A stretch of 64,000 nt of DNA from Octopus sinensis (taxonomy: Eukaryota). Location of the stretch: NCBI RefSeq assembly GCF_006345805.1, contig NC_043006.1:34286001-34350000 (forward strand). The letters run 5' to 3'. The translations under genes and the position numbers were made by a program. The notes beneath the pieces are model-generated. The model did no database searches, had not been told where the DNA came from, and worked only from the letters and a program-made list of their open reading frames with translations. Shown here one piece after another: positions 50,401-61,192 of the stretch; the stretch's first letter is position 1; every line of letters begins with the position of its first letter.

Positions 50401-51149
50401 TAGGCTTACAAAGAATAAGTCCTGGGGTCGATTTGTTTGACTAAAGGTGCTGTTCCAGCAAGGTCACAGTCAAATGACTGAAACAAATAAGAGTAAACAC
50501 AACAAATTCTAGTGGAATGACTCCATCAACCACAGAGGCTTTGAGTGACTGCAAGGAACTCGCAAAGAAGAAGAGAAAAAAAACTAGTTATATATTTCAA
50601 GAGAAAACCCAGTTATATTTTCATTACATGTTTACATCATATGTGTAATACGTGCATGACATGATGAATAAGTTGTAAAGGAACATCTGTTTGCAATATT
50701 TGATTTTTTTAAAAAATCATACTGGCAAATTTTTCCTTTTTTTAATTGCATGCATACACACACACACACACAAACATTGCAGTTGTAATCAGATGAGAAA
50801 ATACTTGACAAAAAATATAGAATTTATTCATATATTTATTGAACCATACGTATTGGCTAGCAGTCAACTTTCATGCATTGCAATCTTTCGGATGGCAACT
50901 AGTTATTCAGTTATAGGTTACTGATCATTGCATTTGGAAATCTGTTTGTTTGTTAGTCTTATTCATGTGATGAGGATGATTACAAGGCAAAGCTTATAAT
51001 GGTTATCATTATAGCGCTGCCATTCAGCCATTCTGTCACTATAGTACAAACTTCAGTGAGTTACGCTGTCAGCAATTGGGACCAGTTTTTCAATATGATT
51101 ATGTATTAGCGTTTACACCGGTACACTATACTACTAATTATTAGATGGC

Positions 51150-51435
51150 TTTGTAATGGATCCTCTCAAGGACGAGGGCATGTCCTGCCCTTGCTGCTAC
51201 TCTTCTAGCTTTATATGAATCCACTGGTGCCGTTATATTCAAAAGCCAGATGGTATTAGCTTTGAGTCTCTACATCTACACAGCAAAGTTATTACTCAAC
51301 ATTTTTGTTTAAAATTTCTGTCTAGGTTCCAAGGACATTGTAACAAAGATGTTGTATTCCTTTCGTATATGTTGCAGAAAGAATTGATAGGTTGTTTAAA
51401 CCCCACTTTGAATATTTTGCTTGTTGTTCCAATGT
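51150..51435 (-). mobile_element. Penelope-like element ORF N-terminal remnant (frameshifted)
   Basis: Translates as TLLCRCRDSKLIPSGF / NITAPVDSYKARRVAARAGHALVLERIHY. About 70 nt are nearly identical to 31340-31406. Confidence 0.65.
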
Positions 51436-53158
51436 AGTTTTTGTTGTTGCTTTCCACTTATCATAACCATTGCCTTACAAATTATTTCCTTCTTTAATCA
51501 ATTACCATAAAGCACACACAGGTTAGAACTGAAGTTACATGACCATTGTGTCTTTTATTCAGACATGGTGAATATGGAACTGTCTTAACCAATGCATCAT
51601 TCGTTTTTATTTAAACAATGGTAGGATCTAATTTTGAGGGCAATTTAGCTATTTTGAGCAGAAAACATGACTACATTCCTTATTGGTCTGTTAGCTTTGG
51701 TTGTTAAAAATGCTCTGGCAGATATATGAATAAAAAGGTTTCAACTGTAACTGTCTAGTGTCTTATTCAGACATAATTTATTTAGGACTACATTATCCAA
51801 TGTGTCTTCTACTATAGCCCCTGGCTGACCAAAGCCTTGTGAGTGGATTTGATAGATGGAAACTAAAAGAAGCCTGTTGTGTGTGCACGGACATGTGTGC
51901 GTATACTCTTGTCTAGACATCAAATGATAGTTGTAAATAAGTATCAATGTTATACAACCGGGGTTGTCTATTTCCAGTCTATCTTGTGTAAAACATGTCA
52001 AGCCATGAGGGAATGTTACCTTGTTTAGAAGCTGGTGAAGGCTGGTGACAAGAAGGACATCCAACTGTAGAAAATCTACCTCAATGAATTGTGCCAACCC
52101 CAAGCAAGCATGGAAAAGTAGACGTTAAGTGATGATAATGAATAGAGTATGGCTTAAAGAAATTTAGGTGCAAGGACATCCTTTTTAGTTTAACTTTACT
52201 TGCTGACTGTTCTGTGTATTGCTTTAGAGCTAAAACCTCTGGCCCACCGATGTGCTGTTTCATCACTCTGTCTCTTAGCATGATGATACCTTCTGCCTAC
52301 AAGTCTCATCTGACTCATCTCTCTCCTCCTCTTGCCATTTAGACTGCATCCCCTCATCTTACAGCCACACTAACCACCCGGCACCATCATTACTACCAAA
52401 AGCATCAACCATCTCAAATTCCTCCCTTGTTCAATGCTTTTTGAACAGGAAAGAAATTTGTAGCCATCAACTAGCAGCTGCCCAAGAACATCAATCTGCA
52501 TCAACTCTGTTGACCTCACTGGTCTTGAACAGCCTACAAAGAACATGGGATCTTCTTCCGGATTGTCTGAACACAAAACATTGAAGAATGACACTAAATA
52601 CTATTATCCCGTGCACCAGTAATTCTACCAAACCTGACATCTTTCTTAATGTTGTTTATCTCCGGGTTAATTCTGTGTGAGCAGACTCATGATCAAAGAC
52701 ATTCTGATCTATGGCTATCTTTTCTTTAATGTTTCCAGATGCTGTTGCTTCCTAACATTACAAGGCCACAAATTTGTAGCAGATGGGCTACAGCTAATTG
52801 GATGAACGTCCTTTAGAAGGATGAAAGGAAAAGTCAACGGAGGCAGGATTTGAATTTAGGTCAATGGTTCTCAACCATTTCTTACCTGTGGACCCTTCTG
52901 ATTCCTATTTTACTCAAGTGGGCCCTCATAGCCATTCAATGATTAAAAAACCCTATTGTATTTTTATATTTAAATACAATTAGGAACTGTATTGAAAAAT
53001 TGTCAAAATAATTTGTGCATTGTAGAAGTACAAGCAATTTCAACAAAAATATCTTATATGAAACCCTAAGGTCATAAGGACCCCAGTTGAGAACCCTTAA
53101 TTTAGATGATTAAAGGCTGTAGGGAATCTAATGCTGTGCACCGCCTCAAAGAACTGAA

Positions 53159-53640
53159 TTAACCCTTTTGTTACTGTATTTATTTTGAGAGTCTCTGTGT
53201 TCCTTTCAATTAATTTTAAATATAATAAAGAATTTAGTAAAATAACTTAGTTATCATTAAGCTGGTGTTAGGAACATAAATTTTGAGTAAGGTTTGGTGA
53301 AAGACTTCAATTCAAAACTTATGAAAACAAGCCATTTGTAGAACAGAGCCTGAGCCAGTTTTAGCTGGGTTGGTATTGAAAGGGTTAAGAATTGTTTCTC
53401 TATTATATATTTTAACCCTTTCATTACTATATTTCTGTTGAGATGCTGTGTTTCTTTCAATTACTTTAAATGTAAAAAAAGAATTTAGTAAAAATAACTT
53501 AGTTATCATTCAGCTAGTGTTAGGAACATAAATTGTGACTAAGGTTTGGTGGAAGATTTTAATTCAGAACTTTTGAAAACAAGACATTTGTACTACAGAG
53601 CCAGAAGCAGTTTCAGCCAGGTTGGTAACGAAAGGGTTAA
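53159..53640. mobile_element. Tandem pair of TTAA-bounded (piggyBac-like) MITEs: 53159-53388 and 53412-53640
   Basis: Each runs TTAACCCTTT...AAAGGGTTAA, and the two share internal sequence. Confidence 0.75.
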
Positions 53641-53669
53641 GAAATGAAAGAAATGAAGAAATTACCTAC

Positions 53670-54263
53670 CAATTTTGTGTAGTTCTTTAAATAAGATTTT
53701 AAACAGAAAATTGGAACATTTGAAGAAGTCACTGGAGGAGTTTCTTGTGATGTTTTAGACTCTTTAATATTATCAATTTTATCACTTTGACTTCTTTCCA
53801 TTTGTGTTTGGCAACTGAAGTTTTTCAAGGGTGGGAATGCAGAGGGTCTTATAGGGGTAGCAGGTCGAACCATAATAGGGGAACTCTGATACCTTCGAAG
53901 GGGTCTAGAGTTTTGTTTGGTACAATTTCCAGAATAGTTTGAACAATTCCAGTCCTTTGCACCCAAGTGTATGGCATCATTTGAAAAAGATCTCCTGTAA
54001 GTTATCGAAGTATTTGCTGGTTTCCATTTGTTGTGGCAAGGCATAGTTTGTAATGAAGGCCCAAAGGAGTTTTTCCAAGCTTGAAGTGAAGCATCTCTTT
54101 TCCGTTTTACGGGGCCAATTTTATTTTTCACATTCAAGGCATATGATTTAGATTTCGGTCTTGATTTGGCCCGATAGGCTAAGGAATGCCACAGATCAAC
54201 TATTTCTTGTTTGCGATCCCATTTGGTTAAGATTTTATCCATAACAAAAAGAACATCAGACAT
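53670..54263 (-). CDS. NOSTRIN: Candidate alternative first coding exon A of NOSTRIN (198 aa, MSDVLFVMDKILTKW...LKSYLKNYTKL)
   Basis: Longest ORF in the window and not repeat-like. ATG at 54263 has an in-frame TAA four codons upstream. It ends at a phase-0 donor TTG|GTAGGT compatible with the phase-0 acceptor at 8728. The join is inferred, not observed. Confidence 0.72.
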
Positions 54264-55612
54264 TTTCAAAAATTATGTCCAAAAATATTCTGGCACCAGG
54301 GAAGAAAATAAATTAATTAATGGTCCCAGTGTGACATTTTAGGTAAATATAAAGACGACACCAACAACACCGACAAGAATTATAATAGTTTAAATTGTGA
54401 AGAGATTTAACAGTTCACTTGAGGTGTTTATCAAATATTTGAAATATGTCAATAGTTACTTACTCTGGAGAGTTAGAAAATGCAAAAGATTTTTGGAATG
54501 AAAATTTCAAAAATAGATTTTGTACATTTTATAATTATTTTTTCTTTTTTGCATTTTACAATTCAAATAATTTTTATATCCATGTTATATTTCCTTCTTT
54601 TCATTTTATTAATAAATAGCTTTAAGTTCCAACTGGATTTTCATGTGTATGTAGATAGATAAAAGAAATCAAAATAACACACACATGTGTGTGCACGTGC
54701 ACATGTGTGTGTGTGTGTATTTATGTATGTATAAATCCTGATAATGGAAATGGCAAAATGTTCCTGAGATTTTCTTTGATAAAAATTCCTTGATGCTTGC
54801 TGATTTTGCTGTCTTAACTTAAATCAATATATCTACACATATCTTTACTTCTCCAGTTTGGATATATTTCGGTTCCTTTTCTTTTTCTCTATTCAGGATT
54901 ATAAAATAAGATTCCAATATTCCAATACTGGCTTATAGCAAAACTAAAAATCTTGAATATGAATAATGCTAACCATACAGCTTTCACAGAGGAACACATT
55001 TCCATCCGTGGCAACAGCAAAGAATCTTGTTCCTTCCTTACATGTCCTGACAACCAGTGTGTGTGTGTTTGTTTATCAGTGTTTTAGTATGTGTGTGTGT
55101 GTGTGTGCAGTGAAGTTGTCAGCCAGCTGGAACTTTCTCTGAGGGGAATATACAACAAGGCTACTGTTCAAGACTGCATATATGAAAACATTAGTGTGTG
55201 TGTGTGGCTGTATGTTTGTATATAACGGTAATTATGAAGAATATAGATTGAAGCAGCAGAATCCAGAGAAACTAGCGTTGTTCTACATTGGCAAAAAATG
55301 CAATCCAAATACTTGAAAGAGTGCAATAAATTTTTATGCCTGAAGATTGTTCAAACCATAAAGTTTCCTTCATTATTTGAATTATTTATATTCACAGCAG
55401 TTTAGGCAATTTAAAATACACACTTGAAGCGAACAAACAACTATATGTGCACTACAAAGTAAGACGATGGTTTGCAGCTACTTAAAACATAAATAAATTG
55501 TAATCACCATCATCATCAGCAGCGGCAGCAGCATCATGATCAACAAGAACAAAAATAAACAAGATTTGGAACATTAATGTGTGAGTGTGTGCGCACTATT
55601 AGCCAAAGAGTG

Positions 55613-55623
55613 CCAATCACGTG
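55613..55623. promoter_or_regulatory. Overlapping CCAAT box and E-box (CCAATCACGTG), possible promoter of the exon A isoform
   Basis: The sequence reads gagtgCCAATCACGTGctgg in unique DNA about 1.35 kb upstream of the ATG at 54263. Function is inferred. Confidence 0.3.
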
Positions 55624-56216
55624 CTGGAAAAATCAATAAATCACTGATACAGATAATCCTATGATTATATATACAAATATATATATATACATACACACAT
55701 ACAAATATATTCATATACACATATATATGTGTGTGTGCGTATTATAGTTATTATTATTGTTAGAGATTATTACTTAAGCGTTTAATAAAATACTTCGATG
55801 TACCTAATCTCAGCAAAGCAACAGACTATGTTTCCGCAAAGTTTAATTTGGTATATATTTTATCTTTAATTATTGCAGGTGACTAAATAAACAGAATGTC
55901 ACACACCCATCAGAAGAGTCCCTTGGTCTACAGCATCATAACAAAGCTACACTAAGATACTCTTGTTGCTTAGCACCAAATCACCTCAATCCCAATTAAG
56001 CAGGTAATATTTCCACATGATTTGGCACCCACCTATTCTGATTAAGATGAACCGAGACAAGTAGAATTACCATAATTTACTCATGCATAGAAGCTGCACT
56101 CCTAATTTAATGCTAAATCTTGGTTCCAATTTTCCCGCCCCCGTTCAGATTCAAACTTGTTATCAGTTTTGCCCCATGTACAGTTGCACCCCAGTTTTTC
56201 AATTTAAAATCAAGTA

Positions 56217-56650
56217 GGTGCAGGAGTGGCTGTGTGGTAAGTAGCTTGCTTACCAACCATATGATCCCAGGTTCAGTCCCACTGCGTGGCACCTTGGGCA
56301 AGTGTCTTCTACTACAGCCTTGGGCCGACCAAAGCCTTGTGAGTGGATTTAGAAGACGGAAACTGAAAGAAGCCCGTTGTATATATATATATTATGTATG
56401 TGTGTGTATAAGTATTTTGTGTGTCTGTGTTTGCCCACCCACCCCCGCAACATCGCTTGACAACCGATGCTGGTGTATTTACGTCCCCGTAACTTAGCGG
56501 TTCAGCAAAAGAGACCGATAGAATAAGCACTAGGCTTACAAAGAATAAGCTCTGGGGTTGATTTGCTCAACTAAGAGTGGTGCTCATTTGCTCAACTAAG
56601 AGCAGTGCTCCAGCATGGCCACAGTTAAATGACTGAAACAAGTAAAAGAG
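56217..56650 (+). mobile_element. tRNA-derived SINE family 2 (gtggctgtgtggtaagtagcttgc...ggttcagtcccactgcgtggcaccttgggcaagtg), with internal (TA)/(TG) tract
   Basis: Other copies at about 2640-2840(-), 4010-4375(+), 4575-4910(+), 12700-12910(+), 39187-39635(+), 43190-43622(-), 50127-50494(+), 57500-57820(-), 59725-60090(-). Confidence 0.85.
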
Positions 56651-56739
56651 TATAAAAATAGTGAGATTCATGTGTAAATGTAGTAAGAGTTCTTTAACCA
56701 TAATTGGTTCCATTTTATTCTACATTTATTTTTCACATT

Positions 56740-56980
56740 TCACAGCTTTATAAGTCTTCTTCCACAATTGTCCACACTTTATACCTACATAGTAACAATT
56801 ATTTACTATATTTCTCCATCAATGATCATATTTCACATTCTTTAAACTGCCAACATTTCACAACAATTATTCAGTGTTGCTCCTCCACCGTTCATATTTC
56901 ACTATCGACACCACCTACATTTCACAACTATATGATACGACATGCAAAAGATCTAACCTTCTCCTGGTTCCACAACATAC
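56740..56980 (-). mobile_element. Possible decayed RTE RT C-terminal fragment
   Basis: One frame gives YSCEM*VVSIVKYERWRSNTE*LL*NVG, similar to RTE LYG.ETW...E..+LR; multiple stops. Confidence 0.3.
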
Positions 56981-58835
56981 ATTTCATGGCAATCAACCAT
57001 CACCATACAAACATCTCATAAATCACAGATAGGCTATCTAGTGAGTAGCTTGTATATGGTTGTAGAAATGCAGCTAAATCTGGCCTCAAATTATCCCCTT
57101 AATGCCTTAAAAAAGGAAAGATAGACAGACATACTAGATAATGTAGGCACAAGGAAAAATGAAACGATTGGTCTTAGGAAACTAATAAGTTCTTTGCCGA
57201 ACATACAAAACTGAATACAGGATAATCTACCTACTTCTTTAAATGTAAACATAATCAGCTTAGATAATCCGTTTCACAGTAGATTAAACCTTTTTGTTTA
57301 TCGTTTTCACAAGAACTGAAACCATTTCTGTTATTTAGGACACAAGAACATAAATATATTTTATACACACACACATATTATTCCAGGAATGGCTTTAGAA
57401 CAGGTAAACTGAGTCTTTGCATGTTGTTGGGGGAAACCAAAAGGGGTTAGCAGCAGGAAGAGCGTCTGGCCATAAAATGTTGAGACATGATTTCAATTAT
57501 CTTTTACTTGTTTCAATCATTTGATTGCAGCCATGCTGGAGCACCACTATGAAGGGTTTTAGTTGGACAAATTGATCTCAGGACTTTATTTTTTGAAGTC
57601 TAGTACTTATTCTATCATTCTCTTTTGCTGAACTGCTAAGTTATAGGGACATAAACACACACACATGACAGGCTTCTTTCAGTTTCCGTCTACTGAATCC
57701 ACTCACAAGGTTTTGCTTGGCCCGAGGCTGTAGTAGAAGACACTTGCCCAAGGTGCCAGGCAGTGGGACTGAACCCAGAACCATGTGGTTGAGAAGCAAG
57801 CATCTTACTACATAGCCATGCTATGTAAAGAAAAAAAAGAAAATCCAGATTGATTCAGCTCTGTATTCCTCCAAGTTCCATAGACACAGGTGAGCCAGTG
57901 TTTCTCAACCATTTTTTACCAATGGGCCTCTTTGATTCCTGCATCCTCAACTGGACCCTCATAGCCATTCAATATTAAAAAATCCTGTATTTTTAGAATT
58001 AAATATTATTAGGAATTGTATTAAAATGTTGTATTTTGTGTATTGTAGATGTTGAACCTATCTATGGTGTATGAATTTTAACAACAAAATCTTAAGTGGA
58101 CCCTGAAGGGTTGTATAGACCCCAGTTGAGAACCACTCATCTACTCCATCAGATGTACAAAGTCAGAATAGGGAGATCTTAACGATAGTTTCTGGGTGAG
58201 AATATGAACAGTTTGACAGAACAGCAACATCAGATAATTTTATACATGTTTTTACTTGGAAGAGGAGCATGTCAGTTGATGTCATAATGGACAAAGGAAA
58301 TAATCTCCCACTACTGATATTCCATAAAGACCACCTTAGCCCTAAGTGACCCCTGCACGGATTCAGTTAGGGCTAAGGTGATTTTTATGGGATATCAGCA
58401 TTATTATTATTGAAGGTGGCAAGGTGGCAGAATTTTTAGCATATTAGACAAAATGTTTAGCAGTATTTCCCCTGGTGCTATGTTTTGAGTTCAAATTCCG
58501 ATGAGGTCAACTTTACATTTCATCCTTTCAGAGCCGATAAATTAAGTCCATAGTGAGATAATTTCCCTTCTATGTATTATTATTATTATTATTATTGTGG
58601 TCTGCCAGACCCCATCTAATACTCACCATGCAGCAATCCATGACACATGTAAGCTGACGTTGCTAGATCGCTTGCTTGACCATGTGGAACAACTTTCTGT
58701 CACCACAAGCAATTTTTGATATTGTCAAATTCCCAACAGTCATGTGAAACCATTTCCAAATGACTGCAGCTGTTTTATAAAATTATTCATATGATACAAT
58801 TAGACAATAATGACCGCCCACCCTCACCCAATTAA

Positions 58836-59220
58836 TCTCTATATATATAAACGGCAAAATGTCTGTCTGTGTGTGCATATCCTTTATACAAATCCACAAT
58901 TTTTCAGTTAGAGGGCTCACACTTTCTATGGTCATTCAAAACCATCCAAGGGTGGTCGTGCACATCTTTACATTTCCCCAGTCACCCAGCAAAGCCATTA
59001 AAAAAAATCAACAGAAGTGACTTTTTGTAAATTTTCTATCCAAATCCCAATTAAAATGCCCGAAACTTGATACGCCAATTGAATGCCAGCTAGCTGTATG
59101 TGATTGCCGGGTCTTTAAATTCTTCTTACTATGATTTTGAAGGTCTGGACATTCATCTGCACTAAGCAAATATTGAGGGCCATGGAACTGAAATAACCTT
59201 TTATTAAATACAACTCTGGA
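58836..59220 (+). mobile_element. Helitron-like element with 5' end only (3' end not found)
   Basis: A|TCTCTATATATATAAACGGC start shared with 23226. The right boundary is a guess. Confidence 0.45.
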
Positions 59221-60514
59221 TACATGCGCGTGTGTGTTAAAAAAAAACATAAAAAAAATTCATAGCTAATTCCACATCAGTCAACGTCAAAAAGATCATT
59301 ACAATTACAATTTCAATACACACACACACGCACATGCATGCATGTATCTGCCAACTTGCTGGCTTACACATAATATGCATACATATATACATACATAAAA
59401 GAGATATGTTATGCAATCATGGCAAAAAAAAAAAAAGTGGGGTATTCATCCAGTCATTTGTTCCCGGGTCTTCACAGGAACATGTTTAGGCAGTTTGTCG
59501 TTTGATAAACTGGGAAATTATTACCTCACTTGTTTCCAAATGAGGGTTGGTGACAGGAAGAGCATCCAGCTGTAGAAAACCCTACCCCAACATACACTTG
59601 TCTGACCCAAACAAACATGGAAGAGTTGACGTTAAAATGATGAAGAAGATGTCTATCTCTCTATATTAAAGTTGACTACTTGTATTACTAGTTTTTTTGT
59701 TGTTTTTTTTTTTGAGGTGGTATACTCTTTACTCTTTTATTTGTTTCAGTCATTTGACTGCAGCCATGCTGGAGCACCGCCTTTAGTCGATGAAATCGAC
59801 CCCGGGACTTATTCTATCGGTCTCTTTTGCCGAACTGCTAAGTGACGGGGACGTAAACACACCAGCATCGGTTGTCAAGCAATGCTAGGGGGATAAACAC
59901 AGACACACAAACCCCCACACACATATATATATATACATATATACAACAGGCTTCTTTCAGTTTCTGTCTACCAAATCCACTCACAAGGCATTGGTTAGCC
60001 CGGGGCTATAGCAGAAGACACTTGCCCAAGATGCCACGCAGTGGGACTGAACCCAGAACCATGTGGTTGGTTAGCAAGCTACTTACCACACAAATATTTG
60101 AAATATTTTAGACTCATTAGCATTTAAAACTTTTTTGTTAATATTTTGTTAATATTGCCTGTCTAGCAAGGAACCTGAAGCCACAGAGAAATACAAAGCT
60201 TTAACTAAAACGTATTTACTCCACCACACACATCAAACTATTTCTACCACATTACATTACACACACACATGCAAATGTGTGATATTCAAAAATCTTCCTT
60301 AGGCATTGTAGCTTGTAAAATAAACGAACAAGTATAATGATTACTGTCATCTCATTCATAATCATCATCTCTACCCGCTCCTCCCGACAACAACAGGACA
60401 GGTGTTTACCACAGATGCTAATCCGTTCCACTTTGCAGCTGCAGGCAGGACCAGTTTTATCTTTACTGTGGTGATTATCATTGTTGTTGTTATTATTATT
60501 GTTATTATCAAGAA

Positions 60515-61192
60515 GGTGGTCAGCTGGCAGAATCGTTAGCACGTGCAGCAAAATGCTTAGTGGCATTTCGTCCATCTTCACATTCTGAGTTCAAATTCTG
60601 CCGAGGTGGACTTTGCCTTTCATCCTTTTTTTGGGTCAATAAAATAAGTACCAGAGCACTGGGGTCAATGTAATTGACACATCTATTCCTTTGAAATTGC
60701 TGGCATTGTGCCAAAATTTGAAACCATTATTATTATTATTACTATTATTATTATTATTATTATTAAGGCGGCAAGCAGGCAGAATCGTCAGCATGCTGGA
60801 CGAAATGCTTAGCAGTATTTTGCCTGATACTACGTTATGGGTTCAAATTCCGTTGAGGTCGACTTTGCCTTTCATCCTTTCGGGATCAATAAATTGAGCA
60901 CCAGTTGTGTACTGGGGTTGATCTAACACAAATTTCAGGCCTTGTGTCCAGAGTGGAAAAGATTATTTCCTTCCTTTTAGGCGGTGAGCTGGCAGAATCG
61001 TTAGCACACTGGACAAGATGCTTGGCAGTATTTCACCCGTCGCTAAGTTCTGAGTTCAAATTTCGCCGAGGTCGACTTTGTCTTTCATCCTTTTGGGCTC
61101 AATGAAATAAGTACCAGTGAAACACTGGGGTTGATGTGATTGAGTAGTCCCCACCCACAAAATTTCAGGCCTTGTGCTTATTGTAGAAAGGA
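60515..61192 (+). mobile_element. SINE family 1, three head-to-tail copies
   Basis: Three successive ggc(g/a)g(t/c)gagctggcagaatcgt heads at about 60515, 60765 and 60975, the first two separated by an (ATT)n tract. Confidence 0.85.
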
